Positions 47,380-59,000 of a stretch of 64,000 nucleotides of DNA are shown here, one piece after another. The stretch is from contig CAXXMD010000003.1 of the NCBI GenBank assembly GCA_963675755.2, forward strand, positions 2,272,001-2,336,000, read 5' to 3'. The position numbers and the translations under genes are program-made. Numbering within the stretch: position 1 is the stretch's first letter; every line of letters starts with the position of its first letter. This DNA is from a bacterium. GTDB taxonomy: Bacteria > Zhuqueibacterota > Zhuqueibacteria > Residuimicrobiales > Krinioviventaceae. Below the pieces are notes generated by a model. It searched no databases, was not told the DNA's origin, and saw only the letters and a program-made list of their open reading frames with translations.

Positions 47380-48696
47380 GTGAAAAAAATATTTGTACTG
47401 GATACAAATGTAATTTTACATGATGTTTCAAGTATCTTTCATTTTGATGACAATGATGTTGTAATACCTATTACAGTTATTGAAGAAGTTGACGCATTTA
47501 AGCGCGGCTTTGAATTAAAGCATTTTCACGCCAGGGAATTTGTGCGTCAATTGGACAGCTTTCCCCCGGAAAAATTGGTAAATGATGGCGCCAGCCTGGG
47601 AGAAGGAAGAGGCAAAATTTCCATATTAGCTCGTTATCCTGATGATAATGATGTAAAAGAAGCATTTGTTGAAAATAAACCTGATCATCGGATTCTCAGC
47701 GCAGCGATCTATTTACAGAAAATACATAAAAATCGTCCTGTAGTGTTGGTCAGTAAAGATGTGAATTTGAGATTAAAGGCAAAATCTTTGTCTTTGAACT
47801 CACAGGACTATTATTCAGATAAAATTGAAGACGTAGATAAACTCTACCGGGGTAAGCGTATGGTAGAACCTTTTGATTCAGAATTGATTGATCGGTTATA
47901 CGCTGAACCCTATGAAGTATCTGCTGCTGAAGCGGGTCTCGATACTGCATATCCCAATGAATATTTTATTTTACGAAATAATGGTAAATCAGCATTGGCT
48001 TCTTTTAATATGAGCATGGGTATGTTGGAGCATGTTGAAAAGCTTAATGCGTATGGAATTCAACCCCGAAACGCTGAACAAACATTTGCCCTTCACGCAC
48101 TATTGAATGATAACGTGCCCCTGGTTACGCTTACGGGTAAAGCTGGTACAGGCAAGACCCTTCTTGCACTGGCATCTGCGCTTGAGCAGCGTCAAAAATT
48201 TCGTCAGGTATTACTGGCCCGGCCTATTGTCGCATTGTCGAATAAGGACCTTGGGTTTTTACCGGGTGATATTGATTCCAAGATCGATCCATATATGCAG
48301 CCCTTGTATGATAATCTTGGCGTTATTCGTAATCAGTTCAAAGAGACTGATAAAAAATACACCCTGCTTCAGGATATGCAGGAGAATGGAAAGTTGGAAA
48401 TTTCTCCGCTTGCGTATATCCGTGGTAGAAGCTTGAACCATATCTTTTTTATTATTGATGAAGCGCAAAACCTTACCCCGCATGAGGTTAAAACCATTAT
48501 TACCCGTGCAGGAGAAGGTACAAAGATAGTATTTGCCGGAGATATTAACCAGATTGATACACCTTATCTGGACTCTCGTTCTACCGGATTAAGCTATCTT
48601 ATTGATAGAATGAAGAACCAGTCTATTCACGCACATGTGACCCTTGAAAAAGGGGAGCGTTCAGAATTGGCAGAACTCGCCAGCGATCTTTTATAG
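47380..48696 (+). CDS. PIN-domain PhoH-family ATPase (PhoH2/YlaK type)
   Basis: PIN motifs [25 protein letters not shown]. PhoH motifs [33 protein letters not shown] at 47380 fits the GGAG RBS. Confidence 0.92.
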   Translation: MKKIFVLDTNVILHDVSSIFHFDDNDVVIPITVIEEVDAFKRGFELKHFHAREFVRQLDSFPPEKLVNDGASLGEGRGKISILARYPDDNDVKEAFVENKPDHRILSAAIYLQKIHKNRPVVLVSKDVNLRLKAKSLSLNSQDYYSDKIEDVDKLYRGKRMVEPFDSELIDRLYAEPYEVSAAEAGLDTAYPNEYFILRNNGKSALASFNMSMGMLEHVEKLNAYGIQPRNAEQTFALHALLNDNVPLVTLTGKAGTGKTLLALASALEQRQKFRQVLLARPIVALSNKDLGFLPGDIDSKIDPYMQPLYDNLGVIRNQFKETDKKYTLLQDMQENGKLEISPLAYIRGRSLNHIFFIIDEAQNLTPHEVKTIITRAGEGTKIVFAGDINQIDTPYLDSRSTGLSYLIDRMKNQSIHAHVTLEKGERSELAELASDLL

Positions 48697-48726
48697 TTTG
48701 TTTGTTGTGTAAACATGAAATAAGCT

Positions 48727-48754
48727 GAAACTTTTTGCTGTTAATTCTATCAAA
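48727..48754 (+). promoter_or_regulatory. Candidate sigmaE-type ECF promoter for the second TonB receptor
   Basis: GAAACTT-N16-TCAAA, one mismatch from the E. coli sigmaE consensus GGAACTT-N16-TCAAA, 30 nt before the start. Confidence 0.4.
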
Positions 48755-48783
48755 ATAAAAAATATTAACAGTGGAAAGGCGAA

Positions 48784-51060
48784 ATGAAAATTAAGATTCT
48801 GATTTCGGTAATGTTGTTGTTTACATTGTCAGGTTATTCTCAAAACAAGATGACAGGGGAAATAACCGGCAAAGTTATGGATCATACCACAAACACCCCC
48901 CTTATTGCTGCCAACGTCATGGTTGTGGGTACCCAACTTGGTGCAGCGACCAATGCTGATGGAGAATATCGTATTACCAATGTACCCGTGGGTGTGCAAG
49001 CTGTTCGGGTATCTGTAATTGGTTACAAGATTGTAGTAAAGTCTGATATATCCGTCAATTCTGTAAAACCATCTGTAGTAAATTTTGAATTGGCAGAAAC
49101 CGTAATAGAGTTTGATGAACTTATGGTAAGACCTGAATATTTTGAATCTTCTACCGACCGTCCCATAAGTACACAGACACAATCAAATGAAGAAATACGC
49201 CGGCTGCCGGGTGGTTTTGAGGATGTAGTGCGCGCAATATCTATTTTGCCGGGTGTTGGACAGGTTACCGGTGGAAGAAATGATCTGATTGTTCGTGGGG
49301 GAGCACCCTCTGAAAATTTATATGTTGTGGATGGTATAGAAGTGCCGAATATTAATCATTTTGGCACTCAGGGTGCCAGCGGCGGGCCTATCAGTTTTAT
49401 TAACCTTGATTTTGTTTCGGGGACTACATTTTCAAGTGGCGGTTTTGGATCCAGATATGGAGATAAATTGTCTTCTGTTTTAACACTAGATCTGCGGGAT
49501 GGCAGAACCGATCGTTGGGGTGGCAAAGCGACTATTGCCGCTTCTCAATTTGGACTGGATCTTGAGGGTCCCGTGGGAAAGAATGGCTCTACCCTGTTTT
49601 CAGCCAGAAGAAGTTATCTTGATTTTATATTCAAAGCAAACGGTTTTGGATTTGTACCGGAATACTGGGATTTTCTCTCAAAGACCACTTATGATCTGGG
49701 AAAAAGTGATCAGCTGAGAGTTTTGGGGATTGCCGCTCTGGACAAGACCAACTTTTTGAATGATACCGACGAAAATCGTTACGATAACTCTCAAATTTTG
49801 GGCAGCACTCAAAATCAGTTTATGGGAGGCATAACCTGGAAACATGTGTTTAGCGGTGGATTTTCGGAAATGACTTTGGGGCAGTCATTGGTGGATTATG
49901 ATTACTTTCAAAATGATACACTTCAAAATCCTATTTTCCGTAACCTGTCTCTTGAACACGAGACATCACTAACCGAGAATGTGGTTTTTAATCTAACCAA
50001 AAGCACAGAGGTTACGACTGGACTGCAGGGTAAATATGTACGTTTACATTCAGATATTTATTTGCCTTCAATGGTTGATGAATATGGTTTCCCAGTATCG
50101 CTGGAGCTTGATGAAAGAACCAGTGCGTATAAAGGGGCCGGTTGGCTGCAGCTTGCACAAAATTGGGGTCCTCTGGATGTGATTGCAGGTTTGCGATACG
50201 ATTATTTTAATATGATCAATGATAAAAATGCAGTTTCTCCCAGAATCTCGCTTCGATATGCATTTTCTAATCTAACCAGTGTTAAAATGAGTGCGGGCAG
50301 GTATTATCAGGCGCCTTCATATATTTGGTTAATGACCAATTCCGAGAATAAAAAGTTGAAACATATTGCCGCAAATCAATATATTTTTGGTATTGAACAT
50401 CTGTTAAGAGACGATACCATTGTCAGTATTGAAGCATATTACAAGCAATATGATGATTATCCGTCAAGTCTGCCCCGGGAATACCTGGTGCTTGCAAATA
50501 CCGGTGCAGGGTATGGTGGCGCCAGTGAAGGTTACGTCTCTTTTGGCATAGATCCTATGGTAAGCAAAGGTAAGGGCAAGGCCCACGGTGCTGAACTGTT
50601 TGTTCAAAAAAAGTTTTCGAGTTCACCTTTATATGGTACATTCAGTCTCAGTTACAACAATGCCCGTTTTACCGCGCTTGACGGTATTGAACGGGCGGGC
50701 AGTTATGAGCAACGTTGGATTATGAATCTTGGAGGAGGGTATGTTTTTGGTCAGTTCTGGGAGTTGAGTACCCGTATTCGATATGCAACCGGAAGACCGT
50801 ATACGCCATATGAACCGGATTTTTCAAGATCCCCTGAAAAATTCAACACCCTGCGTGTTCAGGATAATTATTTCATTGATCTACGTATTGATAGACGCTG
50901 GTACATGGAAAAGATTTCGTTAATTACTTATATTGATGTACAAAATCTGCTAAACAGAGATGTTTATGATGTTCCAAGCTTTAATTTGTACAAAGGTACA
51001 ATTGAAAATACCGGTGGCGTAGGAATTTTACCCTCAATTGGAATTAGTGCAGAGTTTTAG
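48784..51060 (+). CDS. TonB-dependent receptor with N-terminal carboxypeptidase-regulatory-like domain
   Basis: Signal peptide, plug DLIVRGGAPSENLYVVDGIEVPNINHF...GGFGSRYGDKLSSV, barrel strands, terminal Phe (ISAEF). Confidence 0.9.
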   Translation: MKIKILISVMLLFTLSGYSQNKMTGEITGKVMDHTTNTPLIAANVMVVGTQLGAATNADGEYRITNVPVGVQAVRVSVIGYKIVVKSDISVNSVKPSVVNFELAETVIEFDELMVRPEYFESSTDRPISTQTQSNEEIRRLPGGFEDVVRAISILPGVGQVTGGRNDLIVRGGAPSENLYVVDGIEVPNINHFGTQGASGGPISFINLDFVSGTTFSSGGFGSRYGDKLSSVLTLDLRDGRTDRWGGKATIAASQFGLDLEGPVGKNGSTLFSARRSYLDFIFKANGFGFVPEYWDFLSKTTYDLGKSDQLRVLGIAALDKTNFLNDTDENRYDNSQILGSTQNQFMGGITWKHVFSGGFSEMTLGQSLVDYDYFQNDTLQNPIFRNLSLEHETSLTENVVFNLTKSTEVTTGLQGKYVRLHSDIYLPSMVDEYGFPVSLELDERTSAYKGAGWLQLAQNWGPLDVIAGLRYDYFNMINDKNAVSPRISLRYAFSNLTSVKMSAGRYYQAPSYIWLMTNSENKKLKHIAANQYIFGIEHLLRDDTIVSIEAYYKQYDDYPSSLPREYLVLANTGAGYGGASEGYVSFGIDPMVSKGKGKAHGAELFVQKKFSSSPLYGTFSLSYNNARFTALDGIERAGSYEQRWIMNLGGGYVFGQFWELSTRIRYATGRPYTPYEPDFSRSPEKFNTLRVQDNYFIDLRIDRRWYMEKISLITYIDVQNLLNRDVYDVPSFNLYKGTIENTGGVGILPSIGISAEF

Positions 51061-51089
51061 AAAAATTGTTAATAAATTTCTATTAATTA

Positions 51090-51118
51090 TTGATTTGTGA
51101 ATATTAACTTGCTATTTT
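51090..51118 (+). promoter_or_regulatory. Sigma70-like promoter for the surface-protein operon
   Basis: TTGATT-N17-TATTTT with an extended -10 TG. AT-rich context lowers confidence. Confidence 0.4.
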
Positions 51119-51131
51119 AATTAATAATAAT

Positions 51132-51179
51132 TAAGTTTTTCCAAAACGAAAGAGTAGTTAATCGTTTTGGGGATACTTA
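51132..51179 (+). other. Long stem-loop in the predicted 5' leader
   Basis: TAAGTTTTTCCAAAACGA / TCGTTTTGGGGATACTTA: 18-position stem with one mismatch and two G-U pairs, 12-nt loop, no U tract. Confidence 0.5.
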
Positions 51180-51279
51180 TGCCCTGTAGAATAGAATTAA
51201 ATAGCACGCAACAAAAACCAACCATTAATAATACCTGGAATACTACTGGATATTTTAAAATTTTAAAGAAGGGGCTGAA

Positions 51280-52089
51280 ATGAAAAAAGAAGCCATGAAA
51301 TCTTTGAATTTTATACTGATTGTTGTGCTGGTGTTTCAACTGATCATATTACCCATTGCACTGGATGTCGGTCAGGCGCAGCAAAGCAGTAATTCAACAA
51401 TAATTGCCCATCAACCGGTACGACTCGGATACCGCGGGCGCCCCCTGAATGTTGTAACAAATATTAATGATGATGTAGGTGTAAGACGTGTCAGCCTGGT
51501 CATCCATTATGGTGAAAATACCAAAACCGGAAACATGCCGGAACTGAGCCGTGGTGGAAAAACGCCGGTTCAGGTTAGTGTTTTAAAAGATTCAAAAGTT
51601 TATTCCGGTCCCTCTGCACGGACCCGCCTGAAAGGAAAACTGTATCGTGGCGAGCTCGTAAGAGTAACCCGTGTTAAGGAGAATTTTTACCGTATCTTGA
51701 CAGATGGCGGATTGTATGGTTATGTAGAATCGGAAAATCTGCGAGTAATGAAAAGCGGTAAATCCTATGGAGTTTCTATTCCTGCAAGTCTTACCAATTA
51801 TCCATTTATTTCTTATCAAATTGTTGTGACTGATGCCAAGGGTAACATTTCCAAATCCAAGATGCAAAAAGTCAGATTGCTAACCCAGGAAGAAATTGCT
51901 GCATTGCGATCAAAACGGGGTGGTAGTAGTTCTACCAAAACTGCTTCTGCTAAAGGCGGCTCTTCTATGACAAAATATATAGTTCTTGCCGGGCTGGTAG
52001 CCCTGGGCGGCGGAGCTTATTATTATGCAACCCAGCAAGATGATGATGAAGAAACCACAACAGTCAATGTTGAGGTTGGTTGGGAATAA
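51280..52089 (+). CDS. Exported protein with a bacterial SH3 domain inserted into an Ig-like domain and a C-terminal Gly-rich hydrophobic segment
   Basis: Signal peptide, SH3-like VYSGPS....KGKLYRGELVRV......FYRI...GGLYGYV, flanked by the halves IAHQPV...DDVGVRRVSL and YGVSIPA...YQIVVTDAKGN. Confidence 0.7.
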   Translation: MKKEAMKSLNFILIVVLVFQLIILPIALDVGQAQQSSNSTIIAHQPVRLGYRGRPLNVVTNINDDVGVRRVSLVIHYGENTKTGNMPELSRGGKTPVQVSVLKDSKVYSGPSARTRLKGKLYRGELVRVTRVKENFYRILTDGGLYGYVESENLRVMKSGKSYGVSIPASLTNYPFISYQIVVTDAKGNISKSKMQKVRLLTQEEIAALRSKRGGSSSTKTASAKGGSSMTKYIVLAGLVALGGGAYYYATQQDDDEETTTVNVEVGWE

Positions 52090-52129
52090 ACAGGGATTTT
52101 GTTCCCGCATTAAAACATAGGAGCCAGAC

Positions 52130-52969
52130 ATGTTGGTAATAAATAAAAAAAGATATTTTTCTCTGTTTACAGGTTTTATACTTGTTTCATTCATTCTGGG
52201 TTGTGGTCTCATGACTCCGAATGAGCCTCAGACGGGAGACCGTGTATCCATTGCCGCTTCTGTGAACATGCCGCACCAGGCACTTGCTACTGCCGATCTT
52301 TCCAGTATCGTTATGGTAGTTACCGGCAATGATATTGAAACCATTCAAACCAACCTGGTATTGGATGGAACCAAGGCCAAAGGCTCGATCGAGGTCCCGG
52401 TGGATAAACAGCTGACATTTACAGTTAGTGCTTATAAAGATACGGTCAAAGTTCTTGAAGGATCTACCGTTACAACTGTGAAAAAAGGCCAGGCAAACTC
52501 TATCCCCATTACTTTGGATTTTTTAATCTCGGCCATAATTCTAACTCCCCCTGATTCTGTGATCTCGGTCGGTGACAGCATTTCTGTGTTTTTACAGGCT
52601 CGTAGTCCTGATTCTTTGAGCGCAATTGGTGCCAGAATTTCTTTTAATCATAACAGCCTGCAAGTTGTTGATCTCAGTGTAGAACAGGATTATCTGGAAT
52701 CGAATGGTGGAAATGTAAATCTGTTAAAGTTTACTCAGGATAATAGCAATGGTACCGTTGACCTGGTTGTTGGAATCTTTCCTGCTTCCAGCTATGTAAA
52801 TAGTGTAGATGGCAAAGTTGGTAAAATTGTATTTCGCGCTATTTCAGCAGATACGGTAGATTTGGGATTATCTGTTAATAATGAAGACGATTCTGATCTG
52901 GGTGTTTTTGATTATAAAGCAGATTTGGTCAATTCCCTGGGTTTGGGAAGTAGAATTATTATACAATAA
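52130..52969 (+). CDS. Lipoprotein with a C-terminal cohesin-like domain
   Basis: Lipobox FILGC, an N-terminal beta-sandwich, then LTPP...VGDSISV.LQA....LSAIGARISFN...LQVV...GKVGKIVFRAI (cohesin pattern). AGGAG RBS. Confidence 0.75.
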   Translation: MLVINKKRYFSLFTGFILVSFILGCGLMTPNEPQTGDRVSIAASVNMPHQALATADLSSIVMVVTGNDIETIQTNLVLDGTKAKGSIEVPVDKQLTFTVSAYKDTVKVLEGSTVTTVKKGQANSIPITLDFLISAIILTPPDSVISVGDSISVFLQARSPDSLSAIGARISFNHNSLQVVDLSVEQDYLESNGGNVNLLKFTQDNSNGTVDLVVGIFPASSYVNSVDGKVGKIVFRAISADTVDLGLSVNNEDDSDLGVFDYKADLVNSLGLGSRIIIQ

Positions 52970-53013
52970 AGAGATTTTAACTGGTATCTTACCGGTCAAT
53001 GAAGGAGCCTGTT

Positions 53014-56000
53014 ATGAAAATGAATTCAATATATAAAATAATGATCCTGCTGTTCTTGGTACCTGCACTCGTTTGGGGTGTTGTGTACAATGAGGCACGT
53101 ATTGTGGCATCTGATGGCGCCGCTGCAGATCTGTTTGGATTTGATGTTGATGCAACTCAATCCGTGATGATTGTTGGTGCCCCTGGTTATGATGGCAGTA
53201 CAGATGAATTGCTGAATAGTGGGGCTGCATATGTTTATTCCATAGACGGTTCACAATGGTATCAACAGACCATTGTAACTCCGGACAAACCTGCTGCTGG
53301 TGAATATTTTGGCAGCTCTGTAGCTATTGAAGGTACAACTCTGGTTATTGCAGCACCGGGAGATGTTGAGAGTGATCCCTCGGATAGTTATGCCGGAAAT
53401 GTTTATGTTTTTAATTATACCGGTGCAGTGTGGCAGCAAACACAGTTGTTGGTTCCCACTGTTGATGACCGGGCTGTTGGTGATGTATATGGTATTTCTG
53501 TAGATATTAGTGGCGATTATATTGCTGTTGGCGCTTCATTGCATGATCAGGAAGCTTTAGCAGATGCCGGTGTTGTTTATATTTTCAAAAAGAACGAGTC
53601 AACATGGACACATGTTCAAACAATTACAGCCAGCGATGCGGCTGCAGGAGATCAGTTTGGTCATGCTGTTTCTTTGGATGGTAATCATCTGGTTGTAGGT
53701 GCCAAAGGTAAAGACATTGTTGATCCACTGGTTACTGATGCGGGTGCCGCTTATTTTTTCACTCTTGCCAGTGAAACCTGGGGTCAGGTTTACAAATATC
53801 CTGAAAACAGTACTGTCCCTGCAAATTTTATAGGCTTTGGCAGTTCTGTTTCTTTATCCGGAACAACAGCCGTTGTTGGTTGTCCGGCTGATCAGACAAC
53901 TGACGGGTCTGTTTATGTTTTCAATTATGCGAGTGAGAGCTGGTCTCAAAATGGAGATTCTCCATTAACACCTGCCAGTCTGGATGAAAATACCTGGTGG
54001 GGTAAATCAGTTGTTACTGATGGTGAGTTGATTTTGGGTGGTGACTATGGTTACGGAACACATGGCGCTGCCTTTACTTATACTTTTGATGGTACAAATT
54101 GGGCATATGATCAAATGTTAACTCCTGAAACCAGTCAGGAAGCTGGTGGAGATATGTTTGGTTTTGCTGCTGCCCTTGCCGGCAACCAATTGGTTGTTGG
54201 TGCTCGTAATGGCATTGGTGGTGATGCCGGTACAGTTAATACCGCAGGCGCGGTATATGTCAACAGTCAGGTTCCATTAAATGCTGCATTTATGGGTGTA
54301 CCCACTACTGGTTATGCAGCACAGGAAATCGTTTTTACAGACCAGTCCACAGGTGATATTAGCGCATGGTTGTGGAATTTTGGTGATGGAACTACCAGTA
54401 CAGAGCAGAACCCGAGACACTATTATAATGCGGCAGGTATGTATACCGTATCCTTAACAGTGACCCAGGGTGTAGAAACCGATACGGAAGAAAAAGTAGA
54501 ATATATTACCATGCAGGAAACCCAAACTTTTGATGACTGGAAACGGGTACGTTTGGGTGCAGATGTAGAAGAATCGTTATATGATGTTCAGGTTTTGAAT
54601 GAAACCACGGCTATTGCCGTTGGCGGCTGGTCAAATGGTCATCTGTTGAAAACAACCGATGATGGAATGATTTGGTCACGCACAGATTTTAATGATAGAC
54701 TTTCTGATGTATATTTTGTAGATGATAATACTGGTTATATTGTAGGCAATAATGGTTTTATTGCCAAAACCACCAATGGTGGTGAAACCTGGTCAAGTTC
54801 TAACCATGCCAGTAACTATTATCATGACGATGTCTGGTTTACTGACGCCAATACCGGTTATATTATCGGCATCGACTATTTGGGATCAAATTCTGGTGGC
54901 TGGATTTTGAAAACTACAAATGGTGGTGAAAGTTGGACAGAGATCGCAGTTGATAAGGAAGTATACCCTCTGACTGCTATCCAGTTTGTTGATGCAAATG
55001 TGGGTTATGTTGTTGGTGGAAATACAGTGAATTCAAATTCCGGTTTTGTGTATAAAACTACCGATGCCGGTGCAACCTGGACCAAAGTGAAGGATACATC
55101 GCAAAAACTGTGGGATGTTCACTTTGTTAACGCCAATACCGGTTACGCGGTTGGCCGCGCGGGAATGCTGGTCAAGACAACCGATGCCGGTGCAACCTGG
55201 TCAGAGTATGTTTGGGCCAGTCCTCCTAAAAGCTTTTTATCCGTTGATTTTCTTGATGAAAATCATGGTTTTGTTGGAATGGAAGGTGCAGAGGTTGCAA
55301 TAACTGAAGATGGTGGCACAACCTGGACGATATCCGAATTGGGAAGCTTGTACCATTCATTAAATTCTGTTGATATGCATAGTTCCGGTGATGGCTATAT
55401 GGTAGGACAGAACGGAATTATTCTCAAATATGCTGTTGAACCCCTTCTTGCCGCTTTTCAGGCATCCCCGGTAACAGGTACAGTACCTCTGACAGTTAAT
55501 TTTACTGATCAGTCAACCGGTGATCCTGTTTCATGGAGTTGGAGCTTTGGTGATGGTTCTGTTGATGACAGCCAGAATCCTTCACATGTTTATGAATATC
55601 CCGGAACCTATACAGTATCACTGACTGTATCTGATGGTGAAGAACAAAATACCGCTCTAGAAACCAATCTGATTACGGTACGGGTAAATCAACCGGAAAA
55701 TTATAGCTGGACTTGTATTCCACGTGAAACCATGTTTCCCGGAGCAGACCAGCCTGTTGTAAACCAAATGGTTTTTGATCCCTTTGACAGCACGGTTGTA
55801 GTTGCAACCAGCCGGGGTGTTACCGAGTATTCCGGTATTTATTGGAGGAATTTTCAGGTAACCAATAATGGCAACTGGCCGCAGGTCAATGCAGTAGCTG
55901 TTGACAGTTCAGGACGTCGCTGGTATGGACTGAGTTCCGGTGTTAGAATGTTTAGTCCTACGGATACCACATTTCATGATCCTACGGAATCGGGAGTGAA

Positions 56001-59000
56001 TGATATTTATGTAGCACCCGATACTACGATCTGGATCGCAACTGATGCAGGCTTGGCACATTATGATTGGGAAACCTGGACTGTTTATACCAAAGAAAAC
56101 AGTGGACTGACAGAAAATCAGGTAAACCGTGTGACCAAGGTACCTGGTGATCCTATGATGCTTATAAGTACCAATGGCGGCGGCTTGAATGCTTTTGATT
56201 ACCAGGAAAATACCTGGGAAACTTTTACCTCCGAAGATGGCCTGCCTTATGATGTTGTATATAATGTTGTTTTTGGCAAGAATGGCCAAGCGTGGATGGC
56301 TCTTTACCATGGTGGAGTTGTAGAGTTTACTGATCAGGATAATTTTACCGTTCATACTCCTATTGATGATGGTGAAGCAGGATTGTATTATTCATCAGTT
56401 GGCGTTGACAGCAGCGGCAATATCTGGGCGGCAAGCGCAAATTCCGGAATTGCCCGTTACGATGGTGTCAGCTGGACGACTTTTGATGCAGAAAGTGCCG
56501 AGCTCTGTTCAGAAATGCCACGCGCTAAAAATATACTGGTTGAACCCAATGGTAACCTCTGGTTTGGTACTCAGGATGCTGGAATGATTCGTTTTGGTGC
56601 TCCTGAATCACAAGGTGTTGATTTTTATGCGAATGTAACTTCAGGGTACGCCCCATTGAATGTTCAGTTTTACGGTTTTGCATCGGGTGGTACGCCTACA
56701 TATTGGTCATGGGATTTTGAAAATGACGGTGATATTGATGTAGTTGGTGAAAATGAGCAAAATCCATCTTTTACTTTTTCTGATCCGGGTGTGTATACGG
56801 TTAAACTTTTTGCTCCTTTTGGTGCAAATAATCAGCAAAAAATTCGTTATGAATATATCCATGTGCTGGATGACAATGATGATGCCGGTGATTTGAGCGG
56901 ACAGATTACTGATGCGGTTAATGGTGATGGAATTCCGGGAGCAACGGTAAGACTGGGTGATTTAACCACAACCACTGATGTTGATGGCTATTACAGCTTT
57001 ACGGATGTGCCGGTTACGGATCTGGTTGCAGATTTTATCGCGAATCCGCGTTCCGGTAATGCTCCGTTGAATGTGCAGTTTTCTGACCTGTCAGCCTTCG
57101 GACGTATGCTCTTGTCAGTGTCTGCAACAGGATATACAGATTACTCTACTTTGGTGAATGTCTCCAGCGATGTGACCACTTTTAATGTATCCATGTCTCC
57201 GACAATTGAAGAAGGAGGTATGCGAATTGTATTGAGCTGGGGTGCAACACCTCTTGATCTGGATGTTCATCTGTTGACACCAGAGATAGAAGGCGAGGCA
57301 TACGAAGTATATTACAGCTATAAAGGAAACAGCAGTGCCGCACCTTATGCATTGTTAGATCTGGATGATACAAATGGCTATGGTCCTGAAACCATAACAT
57401 TGTACGATACTTTTACCGGAACTTATAAATGTTACGTGTACAACTATTCAGGTACACCGGCTATCACCGCTTCGAACGGAGTTGTGCGCATTTATAATGA
57501 TCAGGGAATTCTGGAAACCATTTATGTCCCCAATAACGGTGAAGGAAATTACTGGTATGTTTGTGATGTGGATGGCGCAACCGGTTCGGTTACTGTTGTT
57601 AATACACTAAGCAGTAGCGCACCGGATGGTGCTGTTTTCAACGCAGAACAGGCAGAAGTTAAACCCGAACTGCCGCAAATGGCCAGGAACAGTGGTGCAT
57701 CGACAAATGCGATTACCAGTTGGCAATGGGATTTTGATAATGACGGAACAGTAGATGCTACTGACCAGAATCCTTCATATACCTTTGAAGCCGGTGGTAC
57801 ATATACTGTAAAATTGACCGTTTCGGATGGTGAAAATACAGATACTGAAATTAAAGAAAATTATGTTACGGTTATAGGCAGCACCGGTTCAATCAATGGA
57901 TATGTAACCGATGCGGTAACCGGTAACGCGCTTGAGGGTGTAACTGTTACAATTGCCGGTCGTACCACAACAACCAATTCTGATGGATATTATCAAATCG
58001 ATAATGTTCCTCTTGCAGATATATCCGCAGCATTTTCCGCTTATCCACGATCTGGAAATGCTCCACTTTCTGTTCAGTTCCAGGACTTGTCGTCCTCAAA
58101 TTCTGAACGTGTTTACTTTAGTGTTGATGGGTATTATGCTTATAATCAGCTGGTTTCTCTTGATGATGAAGGTACAACGTTAAATGTATCTCTTTCACCT
58201 GAAGTGGGAGAAGGTCAGATGCGTGTTGTATTGACATGGGGCTCAGCACCCAGTGATCTGGATCTGCATATGCTTACACCCGAAATTGGTGGTAATCCAT
58301 ATGAGATCTATTACAGTAATAAAGGCAGCAGCGACAGTGCGCCTTTCGCAGAACTGGATATTGATGATACCAGTGCCTATGGTCCAGAAACCATTACGTT
58401 GTATGACCAGTTTACCGGAACCTACAAGGTGTTTATTCACAATTATTCCGGTTCACCCGATATTACTGCTTCGTCAGGTACCATACAGGTGTTTGGCGGA
58501 ACAGGGTTAATAGAAACAATCAATGTTCCGACTTCAGGAACAGGTCTCTACTGGTACGCCTGCGATATTGACGGAGCTACCGGAGCGGTTACTGTAGTTA
58601 ATACTATAGAAACGGTAGAGCCTGAAGGTGCAATATTGAATCCATTGACATATGCTGCCAAAGTACCACAGCCGCAGTTGTCTCAGGGAATCAGTACTGG
58701 TAATGAAGTTACTTCATGGCAATGGGATTTTGATAATGATGGCGTAATTGATGATGACTCTCAAAATCCAACTTTTGTTTACACTACACCGGGTACCTAT
58801 ACAGTAAAGTTGACGGTAAGTGATGGTCAACACTCGGATTCTGAAATTAAACAAGAATATATTACCGTTACCGGAAATTATGGTTCCATCAGCGGTAAAG
58901 TTATCGATGCGGTTACCGGTGATCCTCTTGAGAATGTTACCGTAACAGTAGCTGGTATGACAACTACAACGGATGCATCCGGTAATTATGTTTTGAACAA

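Noticed and set aside
47380-48696. PIN domain as a VapC toxin or phage phoH marker
   Set aside because: It is the common chromosomal PIN-PhoH fusion, with no antitoxin or phage genes around it.
55060-55200. Exact 21-bp direct repeat ACCGATGCCGGTGCAACCTGG, 120 nt apart, as a possible CRISPR or att site
   Set aside because: Only two copies, both in frame and encoding the BNR motif TDAGATW. No cas or integrase gene is present.
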